Below are positions 29,309 to 39,634 of a DNA stretch of 64,000 bases, one piece after another. Within the stretch, counting starts at the first letter, position 1, and each line of letters starts with the position of its first letter. Under the pieces are notes generated by a model that was not told the DNA's origin, did no database searches, and saw only the letters and a list, made by a program, of their open reading frames with translations. Made by a program: the position numbers and the translations under genes. Origin of the DNA: an uncultured Acidimicrobiales bacterium (GTDB taxonomy: Bacteria; Actinomycetota; Acidimicrobiia; Acidimicrobiales; UBA10347); contig CALSSD010000002.1 of assembly GCA_943788915.1 (NCBI GenBank), positions 60,265-124,264 on the forward strand, written 5' to 3'.

Positions 29309-30549
29309 GCGGCTCGAGCGAGCAGTCGCTTCCGAAGCTGGTTCAACACGGTGATCGTGGTGAATTCTCGGGTGCGTTTCCGGTCGAAAGGCCACTCGAC
29401 CATCAATGACTCGGTAACACCGTCGACATGAGTGGCCATGAACACGGTGCCGGCCTTGTAGCCGCCAGACTCGGCCGGACCTGCCACGCCTGTCACTGCT
29501 ACCGAGCAGTCAGCGAGGAGAACACGTGCTGCACCTTCGGCCATAGCAATCGCCCCCTCGTCGCTGATCGCAGCGACGTCTTCGAGGCCGAGAACATCGC
29601 GTTTGACCGAATCGGCGTAGGACACAATGGATCCCTGGAAGACGTCGCTGACACCTGGATGCGACGTGATTCGTTGCCCGATAAGCCCACCTGTGAGCGA
29701 CTCAGCGACCCCCAGCTTCAGGCCCTGAGCCCGACACAGGTCGACGACCACACTCTCCATCGTGTCGTCATCGGTTCCGAACACCATGTCGTCGCCGATG
29801 ATGGAACGCACGATTATCTCCTCGGCGGCAAGTTTGGCATCGACCTCTTCCTGGGTCGAGGCCTTTGCGGTAATCCGCACCTTCAGGCCTTCGATGCCGC
29901 TGGCAAGAAAGGCAATGGTGGCTTCGCCGGTCGTATCGAGACGGGTGATTTCATCGGCAAGCATCTCGGCCAGTCCTGATTCACTCGAGCCCCAGGTACG
30001 AAGCACCCGACTGGCGATAATCGAAGTGATCCCTGCACGCACTCGTAGGTCCGGGAGCACGAAACCATCGATCATCTGCGTCATCTCCCATGGCACACCG
30101 GGCACGGCGTAGATGACCTTGTCGCCGATGGGGCAACACAGACCAGGTGCGGTCCCTGGTTGGATCGGTATGGGCTTGCCCCCAACCGGAATCATGGCTT
30201 GGAGCAAGTTATTCTGCGGCATCTGCCGGCCCCGTTGGCTGAACATGGCACTGATCTTGTCGACCAACTCTTGACGGGTCTCGAGTTCCACACCCATCAC
30301 ATCGGCAACGACGTTGCGGGTGATGTCGTCCTGAGTCGGACCGAGGCCGCCACACAAGATCACGGCATCACTTCGAGATAACGCCAGGTCGATGGCGGAC
30401 CTCATCCGATCGGCATTGTCACCAACCTTTACCTGGAAATGACTGTCGATCCCAGCTAAGGCAAGCTGCTCGCCGATATAGGACGAGTTGGTGTCCACGA
30501 TCTGACCCAACAGCAGCTCGGTACCAACCGCAATAACTTCACACTTCAT
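29305..30549 (-). CDS. cinA: Competence/damage-inducible protein CinA (MoCF domain plus nicotinamide-nucleotide amidase domain)
   Basis: 'MKCEVIAVGTELLLGQIVDTNSSYI', 'CGGLGPTQDDITR' and C-terminal 'GVAESLTGGL'. Confidence 0.9.
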   Translation of the reverse strand: MKCEVIAVGTELLLGQIVDTNSSYIGEQLALAGIDSHFQVKVGDNADRMRSAIDLALSRSDAVILCGGLGPTQDDITRNVVADVMGVELETRQELVDKISAMFSQRGRQMPQNNLLQAMIPVGGKPIPIQPGTAPGLCCPIGDKVIYAVPGVPWEMTQMIDGFVLPDLRVRAGITSIIASRVLRTWGSSESGLAEMLADEITRLDTTGEATIAFLASGIEGLKVRITAKASTQEEVDAKLAAEEIIVRSIIGDDMVFGTDDDTMESVVVDLCRAQGLKLGVAESLTGGLIGQRITSHPGVSDVFQGSIVSYADSVKRDVLGLEDVAAISDEGAIAMAEGAARVLLADCSVAVTGVAGPAESGGYKAGTVFMATHVDGVTESLMVEWPFDRKRTREFTTITVLNQLRKRLLARAA

Positions 30550-30614
30550 CGCCCGAGGCTAGTCGCCCCGCCGCTACGGGCTCTCCTCTGCGGACGGCCG
30601 AGTGCGAACGACGG

Positions 30615-31196
30615 CTACCCGTGGGCCTGGTGGGCGGCTTGTTCGCCGTCGACCAGGTATTGGGCGCCGGTGAACACGGTGAGGACCACGGCAGCCCAGA
30701 TGGCGATGTCCACCACCAGTTGATTGCCTTTAAGAATTGGCATGACGGCCAACAGGAGCGCAGCGCCTTGCACCGTTGCCTTCCATTTGGCCAGAGGCCG
30801 CGCCGGAATCGAGATACCACTGACGGCAAATCGGATGCGCATCGCGCTGATAATCACTTCGCGGGCAGCAATAAGAACCATGGGAGCGAGACCGAGACGG
30901 TCGACCGACACCAATGTGAATCCGACACCGAGAATAACGATCTTGTCGGCGAGCGGGTCGAGAAAGGCACCGCTGCGGCTGTAGCCATTCGTGGCTCGAG
31001 CAACACTTCCATCGATCAAATCAGTGAAGGCCATGAGTAGACCAACAGCGAACGCCGCCCATGAGGTGCCAAGCGCTGACGAGTCTGCGAGCACCATCAG
31101 GCACAACACCGGCGTGAGAGCAATACGGCTCACGGTGATGAAGTTCGCTGGAGTTGCTAACCCATACAGCGGGTAGCTCCGCACGACCTGAGTCAT
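30615..31196 (-). CDS. pgsA: CDP-diacylglycerol--glycerol-3-phosphate 3-phosphatidyltransferase
   Basis: CDP-alcohol phosphatidyltransferase motif 'DLIDGSVAR...GAFLDPLADK'. Confidence 0.9.
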   Translation of the reverse strand: MTQVVRSYPLYGLATPANFITVSRIALTPVLCLMVLADSSALGTSWAAFAVGLLMAFTDLIDGSVARATNGYSRSGAFLDPLADKIVILGVGFTLVSVDRLGLAPMVLIAAREVIISAMRIRFAVSGISIPARPLAKWKATVQGAALLLAVMPILKGNQLVVDIAIWAAVVLTVFTGAQYLVDGEQAAHQAHG

Positions 31197-32491
31197 CAGT
31201 GCATATCTCCGAGTGCGCCTTCGGCGCGCAGGTCTGGTCCAGCTGCATCGGCAATGGTCACCGTCGCAAATTCGCCAACTGGCAGATCCGCGGAAACATG
31301 AATGATTCCATCGATTTCGGGGGCTTCTCGGTGAGAGCGCGCAACGCCAGCTTCGTCCACAAGTACTTTGACCTGCCGACCGATCAATTCGTCACGTTTT
31401 TCTTCAGTAATGAGATCTTGCATCTCCCGGAGCTCGCCCAAACGCTCGGAAACCAAGCCGGAATCGACTTGCCCATCGAGATCTGCGGCATAGGTTCCTT
31501 CTTCCTTGCTGTAGGAAAAGAAACCACACCAGTCGAGCCGAGCCTGCTCGACGAACTCAAGGAGCGCATCGTGGTCTTCCTCGGTTTCCCCGGGGTAACC
31601 AACGATGAAGTTGCTTCGGAAGGCAGCATCGGACTCGCGGGAGCGAATCGCCTCGATGCGCTCGAGGAAGACGTCGGAACCGCCCCAACGGCGCATCCGA
31701 CGCATCAATGGCTTTGACACGTGCTGCAACGACAGATCGAAGTACGGCACGCCGGTTTCGCACATGGCATCGATCAACGTGTCATTGAGATCACTGGGAT
31801 ACAAGTACAACAACCGGACCCAGTCGACGCGTTCAGCAACTGCTTTAACCAGGGGAACGATGGATCGTTCGCCCTTACCTTGATCTCGTCCAAAGGCAGC
31901 CAGGTCTTGGGCGACAAGGACGATTTCTTTGGCGTCGAGTTCATCGACCTCGCGGCAGATGTCTTCGATGGTTCGGCTGCGCTGTGGGCCACGAAAGGTC
32001 GGGATGGCGCAGAATCCACAGTTGCGATCGCAGCCTTCGGCGATCTTCACATACGCCCAAGGTGAACGCGACGGAGGCCGAGGCAGATGTAACAGGTCGA
32101 GCAGGGGCGCCTTTGGTTTGGAACCAATAGTTACTGGCACACCGAAGCCTGCGATTTGGTCTGCTTCAGGAAGCGCCTCGGCCAATTCATCGCCATAACG
32201 CTCTGCCATGCAGCCGGTCACGACCAGTTTGGAGTCGCCGGAGCGGTTGTGGTCGAGCTCCAGAATCGTGTGGATCGACTCTTCCCTGGCTTCCTCGATG
32301 AACGCGCACGTGTTCACCACGATGAGATCAGCTTCGTCAGCCGACTCAGCAGCGGTCATGCCGTCGGCGATCAGCGTGCCTTCGAGCTTGTCGCTATCGA
32401 CCTGGTTCTTGGGACACCCCAAGGTTTCGATGAAATACGAGCCCGGTACCGCTGATACAGGGGTTCCGGTCAGGTCTACAGAATTAGCCAC
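31196..32491 (-). CDS. rimO: Ribosomal protein S12 methylthiotransferase (radical SAM)
   Basis: 'YFIETLGCPKNQVDSD', radical-SAM 'CDRNCGFCAIP', and a C-terminal TRAM region. Confidence 0.88.
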   Translation of the reverse strand: MANSVDLTGTPVSAVPGSYFIETLGCPKNQVDSDKLEGTLIADGMTAAESADEADLIVVNTCAFIEEAREESIHTILELDHNRSGDSKLVVTGCMAERYGDELAEALPEADQIAGFGVPVTIGSKPKAPLLDLLHLPRPPSRSPWAYVKIAEGCDRNCGFCAIPTFRGPQRSRTIEDICREVDELDAKEIVLVAQDLAAFGRDQGKGERSIVPLVKAVAERVDWVRLLYLYPSDLNDTLIDAMCETGVPYFDLSLQHVSKPLMRRMRRWGGSDVFLERIEAIRSRESDAAFRSNFIVGYPGETEEDHDALLEFVEQARLDWCGFFSYSKEEGTYAADLDGQVDSGLVSERLGELREMQDLITEEKRDELIGRQVKVLVDEAGVARSHREAPEIDGIIHVSADLPVGEFATVTIADAAGPDLRAEGALGDMH

Positions 32492-33488
32492 CGGGTAAGG
32501 CTAGCGCCACTACTTCGACGCACTCTTGCGCCTCGGGTTCTTCCGCACAGTCGATCGTGGTGCTGATCGTGAATGGCATCGTGCCGAGGTAGATCAGCAG
32601 TAGCGCTGCTGCCTGCCACCGGACGACTCGACCACCGGTGTAGAGGAACACGGCTGCGATGAGTACAACGCTGATCATGATGATCGTCGCCAGGCCAGCA
32701 AGGTTGTTGTCCTCGAGCGGACCGGGGCCAAGCAGGCCAAGAACCGCACCAACAGCCAGGCTGTTGAAGATGTTCGAACCGAGCAGATTACCGATGATCA
32801 GATCGGTCTCGCCCCTACGGGCGGCGACAACCGCGGTCACCATCTCAGGGAGCGACGTACCAATAGCCACCAGCGTGAGCCCAACAAACCCGCCGGTCAA
32901 ACCGACCTCATCGGCCAGGCTGGTGGCGCCTTCAACGAGAAGCCATGCGCCGCCGACCGTACCGGTCAGACCGACAACCGTTCGCACGCCGCTTGCCATC
33001 GCACCTTTCGGTTCATGCTCCTGCGCTGGTGATTCAAGGTCATGATCATGAGCGTTGCGAAGCAGCCACAACAATGTCGCGACCAGGGCAACGAGGAGTA
33101 CCACGCCTTCCCAACGACGAAAGCCGTCTTGGACGAGCACAGCAAAGAGGAGGACCGACCCGACACAGAGCGGGAGTTCGCGTCGGCTCGTCAACGTGTC
33201 GATACTGATCACTGCAATCAACGCAGCAATACCCAGAACCAGCGTCAGGTTCGCGACATTCGAGCCCAAAACATTGCCGACACCAAGATCGGCGTCGCCC
33301 TGCACCGCTGCAACTCCGGACACGAGCATCTCGGGCAGGCTCGTACCGAAGCCGATGACCAATGCGCCCACCACTACCGGCGAGATGTTGAACACATCGG
33401 CGACCGACACTGCGCCCTCGACAAAATGGTCCGCAGCAAAGGTCAAGATGACGATGCCCACAACAAGGAGAATGAGGGCAAGAACCAC
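32484..33488 (-). CDS. Ca2+/Na+ antiporter (CaCA/YrbG family)
   Basis: Two alpha-repeats, 'GTSLPEMLVSGVAA' and 'GTSLPEMVTAVVAA...GNLLGSNIFN'. Polytopic hydrophobic profile. Confidence 0.85.
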   Translation of the reverse strand: MVLALILLVVGIVILTFAADHFVEGAVSVADVFNISPVVVGALVIGFGTSLPEMLVSGVAAVQGDADLGVGNVLGSNVANLTLVLGIAALIAVISIDTLTSRRELPLCVGSVLLFAVLVQDGFRRWEGVVLLVALVATLLWLLRNAHDHDLESPAQEHEPKGAMASGVRTVVGLTGTVGGAWLLVEGATSLADEVGLTGGFVGLTLVAIGTSLPEMVTAVVAARRGETDLIIGNLLGSNIFNSLAVGAVLGLLGPGPLEDNNLAGLATIIMISVVLIAAVFLYTGGRVVRWQAAALLLIYLGTMPFTISTTIDCAEEPEAQECVEVVALALPGG

Positions 33489-33537
33489 AACGCGAGGTTA
33501 TCCAGTCAGGTATGTGACCGACGCGTCGAACAGCGCC

Positions 33538-35277
33538 TCACTCAAGCAAGGTGACCGTGCCCGCTGTTGCGTCTACCCGAACCCTGGCTCCGTGCGGAAT
33601 CCGGGTGGTTGCGTCGGTGGCTGCAACGACACACGGCATGCCGAACTCACGAGCGACGATGACCGCATGGCTCATCTGGCCCCCGACGTCGACGACCACG
33701 GCCTCGGCCGCAACAAAAAGCGGCGTCCATGCTGGGTCGGTCAGTGGCGCGATAAGTACATCGCCAGGTCCAAGGTCCCCGGGATCAAACGGGTCGGTGA
33801 CCACACAGGCTCGTCCCTCGGCCACACCCGGCACTGCCGCCAGACCGGTTATCGACTCGCCCACGGCCAATCGGGATTCAGAACCCGCGTGGCTGCGTAA
33901 TGGCCAGCTCTGGACTGGCGGCATCTCGCCTTCGAACACGAACGGAGGCACTCGGTCACTGAGCGCCTGACGAGTAGCACGGCGGGTAGCAATCGTGTCG
34001 GCAAACGCTGCCGGGTCAGCGATGTAGGCATCGAGCTCATCGGCCATGCAGAACCACATATCTTCCCACTGGCCATCGTCGGTCCTGCGGGCGGCCCGCC
34101 CAGCAAGCTCACGAGAAAGTAGCCGGCTCACATGAATGAGCTCGACGACCGTTGTCTTCGAACGTTCACGTCCGGCACTGAAGAGCATCGCTGCCGAAAG
34201 CGCACGGTCGAACTGTTTACGCAGCGGCCACGAGACACGAGCACGGGTTTGAGCCGTTACTGCTTCGCGATCCGCTGTGAGACCAAGCGCTCGGGCAACT
34301 GGATCCTGCTTTTCTTCCGCGAGGCGTAACCGGTCGATCAATGCGAGCGCGAGCCGTGGTTCGGTCCCCCACGTCTGCGACGCGGTCTCCCACTCGTTTG
34401 GACCTCGAGCACCGAAGTCGTCCAGGAAGGTTTCAAAATCGCGAGTGAAGTCCGAGGGCTCACACTCCGCGAGCCGTTCACTCAGCCCGTCGAGGCCCTG
34501 ATCAAACGCCGACGTCAACAGGGGCGAAGCTGCTACCGACCGGCCCAGCTTCCACAACGCGGTGCTGGGCGCAGCACTATCGACATCGCCGATCGAACTC
34601 AGTAACGACAGCGCCAACGCCCGATCATCGAGCTGCTTCTCGCAAAACGTCGACAGGAACTGCACGGCAGCACCGGCCTTGCCGGTCACCTCGAGGTGAC
34701 GGCTGAACAGCTGCATACCCACCGGGATAAGGCTGCGGATCGTGGCAAGAAGCGCCTGATCGTCGGCTTCGAGAAGGCGGGGCACACGTCGTTTCCACTC
34801 AGCGACCATGCGCTGATCCGCTTGCAACTCGACGAGTGACCGGGTACGCAGAACGTTGATCATGTACCGAACGGCGTTGAGACTTGCCCGCACACTGCGG
34901 TCGGCCTTGTTCGGTAGATGGGGCGGAGCGCTCGCTTCGCTGCCGAGATAGATGGCGTCGTTCTCAGCAATCGAGACGCCAGGAGAGCGAACAGCCAGCA
35001 CCCGTGACAACGACAGGTTCAGATACATGTAGCCGCCGAAAACGCCTGCGGCGCACCCACTCCCCTCGGCCAGTTCGGCGTTGGTCACCAGTCCGGTCTT
35101 TACCATCGCAGCGTTCATCGGGTCGTCGAACGCCCGCGTCAGGCTGATCGACAAGGGATACGCGACCTCGGGCCAAACCTCGCCGGCGTTACCGCGGGTG
35201 TACACAGGAAATCGAGTGCTGCACCTCTCGTGCACGTACGGGCCAACACCCAGATCTACCAAGGCCAGAGACTGCAT
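33538..35277 (-). CDS. PEP-utilising-enzyme mobile-domain protein
   Basis: C-terminal 'GDVLIAPLTDPAWTPLF...VVDVGGQMSHAVIVAREFGMPCVV' is the swivelling phospho-His domain. I could not assign the N-terminal 450 aa. Confidence 0.7.
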   Translation of the reverse strand: MQSLALVDLGVGPYVHERCSTRFPVYTRGNAGEVWPEVAYPLSISLTRAFDDPMNAAMVKTGLVTNAELAEGSGCAAGVFGGYMYLNLSLSRVLAVRSPGVSIAENDAIYLGSEASAPPHLPNKADRSVRASLNAVRYMINVLRTRSLVELQADQRMVAEWKRRVPRLLEADDQALLATIRSLIPVGMQLFSRHLEVTGKAGAAVQFLSTFCEKQLDDRALALSLLSSIGDVDSAAPSTALWKLGRSVAASPLLTSAFDQGLDGLSERLAECEPSDFTRDFETFLDDFGARGPNEWETASQTWGTEPRLALALIDRLRLAEEKQDPVARALGLTADREAVTAQTRARVSWPLRKQFDRALSAAMLFSAGRERSKTTVVELIHVSRLLSRELAGRAARRTDDGQWEDMWFCMADELDAYIADPAAFADTIATRRATRQALSDRVPPFVFEGEMPPVQSWPLRSHAGSESRLAVGESITGLAAVPGVAEGRACVVTDPFDPGDLGPGDVLIAPLTDPAWTPLFVAAEAVVVDVGGQMSHAVIVAREFGMPCVVAATDATTRIPHGARVRVDATAGTVTLLE

Positions 35278-35295
35278 GATCCTGACAATAGTGGG

Positions 35296-36642
35296 TTACG
35301 GGTTGATGACCCGTGTGTCAGGCTCGAACGCTGCGAGCGCGAACCAGAACGTATCAAGGTGCTCGACACGTTCCAGTTGGTGACCTTCGAGCGGACCGCC
35401 TACAGCCAGGCCCTGGATGTTCCAGGTTGAGCCTGTTTCCTCGTCCACAAAGTTGCCACCGTCGCCCGCCGACTCGTTGCTGCTCATGAAGCTCAGAGCC
35501 TGGCCATCGGCCATCGGCAGGTAGACGCCTACAGCGCCGACGTCTCGGCCATCTGCGATCGCCCGTTCTTCGAGTGCTGTCGCCGTGCCAGGCAAGTGCC
35601 ACACACTCAACAGTTCGCCGTCAACCTCGGTGGCGAGAACACCAGCCGACGCCAGGCTTTCGAGCACAATCGCAGCGCTGTCGTCTCCTCGACGGATACC
35701 CACAATACGTTCCTTGGCCGGCAGGCGCGGGTCGTTCTCACCGTCGAACAGAAACGGGCTCGTGGTCACGTCGTCGTAGCCCGAGTAGGGGTTCTGGCCG
35801 TAGCTGCGCTCATGTCCCGTTTCCCGAGTTAACACCAGAGCCTCAGGATTGGCTTGTAGAAAACTACGCCACGACAGCGTCTGCATAGGAAGTAACTCAA
35901 GCTCGGTACCAACGAGGGTGCCGACAACTGCGGTGCCGTTGAAGTGTGTCCACATCGATTCGGTTTCTCGGTCGTACATCGCCAGCGACGAGTTAAACAG
36001 CCGACCCGACGTTCCGAACGTGACGATGCGATCGCCTAGGTCTCGGCGATACGCGAGTGCCGAATTACACAGCGGGCAATACGAAACAGCAACGGGAACA
36101 CCGCCGAACGTGTCGTTTACCAACTCGTGCCACGTCATGATCTGCACCGGATAGGCCCGGGTTTCGCCATCCACGGAAAGCGCAAGAACCGGCTCAGTGC
36201 AATGGATCCAGTCCACCGTGTTTGCCGTTTGGAAGACGGGAGCGTCGATTGGAGGTATGCCATCTGGCGGCGGTCCGCCACTCAAGATGCGGTTCAGGTC
36301 GACAAGTGGCTCACCGAACGATGCATCGTCGGGGAAGTCCAGCGCAGACACGGTGTTTTCGCGCCCGTCGCCTGGGATCTGTGCCACCTCGATGCGATCC
36401 GGTTCGAGGTCTTCATCGAAACCACAGACCGTCGCGTTCGTAACCGCAAGTGTTGCGTGCGGCTCATCAACTTGTGGCGCACCTCTCGATGGTGCATGCG
36501 CCTGTTCGCTTTCGGCAGCGACGCCACTGGTTTCACTCAGTGGTCGCACTGCCGCTGCGCCTTGTACCGTCGCTCTTTCGTCCGGGCCACAGGCGGTCGC
36601 GAGCAACACGACCGCAACCAGCGTGAAGAGAAGATTGCGCAT
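35296..36642 (-). CDS. DUF3179 domain lipoprotein
   Basis: Lipobox 'LLATAC' at the N-terminus. 'PPDGIPPIDAPVF' and 'VAVSYCPLCNSALAY' are typical of DUF3179. Confidence 0.75.
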   Translation of the reverse strand: MRNLLFTLVAVVLLATACGPDERATVQGAAAVRPLSETSGVAAESEQAHAPSRGAPQVDEPHATLAVTNATVCGFDEDLEPDRIEVAQIPGDGRENTVSALDFPDDASFGEPLVDLNRILSGGPPPDGIPPIDAPVFQTANTVDWIHCTEPVLALSVDGETRAYPVQIMTWHELVNDTFGGVPVAVSYCPLCNSALAYRRDLGDRIVTFGTSGRLFNSSLAMYDRETESMWTHFNGTAVVGTLVGTELELLPMQTLSWRSFLQANPEALVLTRETGHERSYGQNPYSGYDDVTTSPFLFDGENDPRLPAKERIVGIRRGDDSAAIVLESLASAGVLATEVDGELLSVWHLPGTATALEERAIADGRDVGAVGVYLPMADGQALSFMSSNESAGDGGNFVDEETGSTWNIQGLAVGGPLEGHQLERVEHLDTFWFALAAFEPDTRVINP

Positions 36643-36736
36643 GAACTCGAAACCCGCCGAGTCACCGTCATGTTCCCGATTCCCGCGCTAACTCAGCTCA
36701 CGCAGGGTTTCGGCGAGGAACGAGCCCAAAGCCGGA

Positions 36737-39499
36737 CTACTCGGGGTCGCTCTCCGAGACCATGACTTCGCGGGCCTTTGAACCAATTGATGGTCCGACC
36801 ACACCGTTTTCTTCGAGCAGATCCATCAGGCGCCCGGCACGAGCGAAACCGACCTTGAGTTTGCGCTGCAGCATTGAGGTCGACCCGAGTTGTGAACTCA
36901 CGACGAGTTCCTTGGCCTGGATGTAGAGCTCGTCGTCGCTGCCAGCGTCGCTGCCCGCGCCGCCGCTGCCACTGCCGCCTGATGACGACGAGGCACCGTT
37001 TGCACCAGCACTACCTTCCACGATTTCGGCTTCGCTGACCGATTCGTCGATTTTGAAGTCGTCGGCCTGCTTGCGCCACATCTTGACGACTTTTTTGACC
37101 TCGTCCTCTTCAACCCAACAACCCTGAATGCGGTCAGGAGCACTCGATGTTGGTGAGAGCATCAGCATGTCACCCTGGCCAATCAGGCGCTCGGCGCCAG
37201 GTTGATCCAGGATCACTCGACTGTCGGTAAGGCTTGAGACCGAGAAGGCAACACGAGCGGGCACGTTGGCCTTGATGATGCCGGTAATGACGTTGGTCGA
37301 TGGGCGCTGGGTGGCGATGATCAGGTGAATACCCACAGCACGGGCCTTCTGAGCAATGCGGCAGATCGAATCTTCAACGTCGCGGGCCGCGACCATCATC
37401 AGGTCGGCGAGTTCGTCGACCACGATCAAGATGAACGGCAGGCGGCTGATCTGGCGGCGGGTGTCAGACTCGTTGTCCTCGATTTCCTGGTTGTCCTTGT
37501 CGAACTGGCCCGCGTCGAACGCCTTATTGAAGCCAGCAATGTCACGGAAACCTTGACCAGCAAGCAGTTCATAGCGGCGGTCCATCTCGCGACAGGCCCA
37601 TGCCAATGCGTTGGCTGCTTTGCGCGGGTCAGTAACCGGTTGGGTGAGCAGATGAGGAACCCGCTCATACTGCGTCATCTCGACCATCTTTGGATCGACC
37701 AGGATCATGCGAACGTCGGCCGGGGTCGATCGCATCAGAATTGATGTGATGATGCCGTTAATGCCCGAGGACTTACCCGAACCGGTCGCACCAGCGATCA
37801 GCAGGTGGGGCATCTTGGCCAGGTTCATGAGCTTGGCTTTGCCCTGAATATCGCGGCCAATAGCGACTTCGAGCGGATGGGTTGCCTTTTGTGCTTCCTT
37901 TGAGCGCAACAAGTCGCCGAGCGCAACGATCTGACGGTCGGCATTTGGCACTTCGATGCCAATGGCCTGTCGACCCGGGATGGGAGCGAGGATACGGACA
38001 TCAGCCGAAGCCATTGCATAGGCAATATCGCGGTTAAGGCTAGTGATTCGTGCAACCTTGACACCCTCGCCGAGCTCAAGCTCAAACCGGGTCACGGTTG
38101 GGCCAACCACCATGCCAACGAGATGTGCGTCGACGCCGTGCGACGACAGCGCTTTCTCCAGTCGCTGGCCCTGTTCGGCCACTGCGTCTTGGTCGACGGC
38201 GCGGGCCCCACCGGTGTTCAGCAAGGACAACGGCGGCAGTTTCCAAGCAGAACCCTCGACACTCGGACCAAGGTCGAGCGCCCCCTGCTCGCCAGGACCA
38301 ACGTCGGACACGGTGATCTTGGGCTTCTTGCGAGGCTTGGGTTTCGGTGCAGGGTCTTCTTCTGCGGCCGATTCCGGGGTTGCCGGCGCTGGTGACTCAG
38401 GCTGGGCCAGTGCGCTGAAACTCGATGCCTTGGCTGCGGGCTTCGCCTCAGCGTTCGCTAGCAGCGGATCGGCGGTGGCGTTCGCAGCCACGTGTTCCTG
38501 GGCCGACTTCTTACCCCGGGTCCGTTTGGCCTTGGGCTTGGAGGCCCCTTCGCCGCGGCGGTATTCACCGACTTGTTGACCACCCACGATGATCGGCGCC
38601 GACGGATCTTCGAGCAGGATGTCGTCGCCGGCATACAAGTCGTTGGATGCATCCTGTGCACCGTAGGCAGCTGGGGGCATGCCAGTGAGATGGCCCCAGA
38701 AGCGCTGGACGGATCCGCCGAGTGCATCCATGCGGCGTGCGCCTGCGCCCCACCACAGGGCAACAGACATGGCGGTGATAACGACTACGCCAATAATGAA
38801 CAGGCCGATCAACACGATGGCCGCCCCAATACTGCTGAAGGCAGCGTGCAGAGGTGCACCAATCATCCATCCGAGGAAGCCGCCAGCGTCGACGAAATTG
38901 TCGACGGGATCTTGCCATACCGGTTGTCCGGCCCACAGGTGCAACAGGCCAGCAGCGGCGATGATGGCCACCATGCCACCAAGCGCGAGACGAGTTCCTT
39001 GGTCGGCATCGTCGATGACGTCAAGGTTGTCACCCAAGTCACCGGTGGTACCCCGGGGCGGACGACGCCGCATGTGGCCCCGTATCAGCACGATGCCGGT
39101 GGCGATGAAGACAACCGGCAGCGCTACCCGGAGAAGTCCAACGACCCCACCAAAGAACTGACTCAAGCCGTTGCCGAGTGGCCCAGCGGCATCCCAGTAC
39201 ACCCCAAGTGCGGTGAGGAGACCCAAGGCGACGAAGACGACGCCCCAAATATCGCGACGGTGGCCATGCAGGACCCGAACAGCATTTGGGGCAACGACGT
39301 CTCGTTTCCCCGGCGCGTGCGCGCCATCCCTTGCTGTTCGGGCCCTGCTTGACTTCTCCCGGCTCCGGCTCTTAGTGGTAGCCGCAGGTTTCTTCCGAGC
39401 TGTCGTACCGCTTTTTTTGGCGGACGCACGCCCACCAGTCGCGGGCTTTTTGGCCCGGGATGACGCGGTTTTGGGCTGGGAATCGGTCTTGGCTACCAC
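36737..39499 (-). CDS. ftsK: DNA translocase FtsK
   Basis: N-terminal TM segments and a Pro/Ala linker. Motor domain 'MPHLLIAGATGSGKS' (Walker A) and 'LPFILIVVDELADLM'. C-terminal gamma domain 'STSMLQRKLKVGFARAGRLMDLLE'. GTG start. Confidence 0.95.
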   Translation of the reverse strand: MVAKTDSQPKTASSRAKKPATGGRASAKKSGTTARKKPAATTKSRSREKSSRARTARDGAHAPGKRDVVAPNAVRVLHGHRRDIWGVVFVALGLLTALGVYWDAAGPLGNGLSQFFGGVVGLLRVALPVVFIATGIVLIRGHMRRRPPRGTTGDLGDNLDVIDDADQGTRLALGGMVAIIAAAGLLHLWAGQPVWQDPVDNFVDAGGFLGWMIGAPLHAAFSSIGAAIVLIGLFIIGVVVITAMSVALWWGAGARRMDALGGSVQRFWGHLTGMPPAAYGAQDASNDLYAGDDILLEDPSAPIIVGGQQVGEYRRGEGASKPKAKRTRGKKSAQEHVAANATADPLLANAEAKPAAKASSFSALAQPESPAPATPESAAEEDPAPKPKPRKKPKITVSDVGPGEQGALDLGPSVEGSAWKLPPLSLLNTGGARAVDQDAVAEQGQRLEKALSSHGVDAHLVGMVVGPTVTRFELELGEGVKVARITSLNRDIAYAMASADVRILAPIPGRQAIGIEVPNADRQIVALGDLLRSKEAQKATHPLEVAIGRDIQGKAKLMNLAKMPHLLIAGATGSGKSSGINGIITSILMRSTPADVRMILVDPKMVEMTQYERVPHLLTQPVTDPRKAANALAWACREMDRRYELLAGQGFRDIAGFNKAFDAGQFDKDNQEIEDNESDTRRQISRLPFILIVVDELADLMMVAARDVEDSICRIAQKARAVGIHLIIATQRPSTNVITGIIKANVPARVAFSVSSLTDSRVILDQPGAERLIGQGDMLMLSPTSSAPDRIQGCWVEEDEVKKVVKMWRKQADDFKIDESVSEAEIVEGSAGANGASSSSGGSGSGGAGSDAGSDDELYIQAKELVVSSQLGSTSMLQRKLKVGFARAGRLMDLLEENGVVGPSIGSKAREVMVSESDPE

Positions 39500-39584
39500 A
39501 ACAGCACCAACACTAACACCAACAACACAAACAACACGGCCAACAGTTGTTGCGATGTCTTAGTCGATGCCGTCAGGCCGACCG

Positions 39585-39617
39585 AAAAGTTATGTTCCCC
39601 TGGGGTGCATAACTTTT
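39585..39617. terminator. A-tract/T-tract hairpin between rnj and ftsK
   Basis: AAAAGTTATG..CCCC-T-GGGG..CATAACTTTT. The 10-bp outer stem includes the A and T tracts. Confidence 0.5.
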
Positions 39618-39634
39618 GTGCTGCAACGGCTGCT

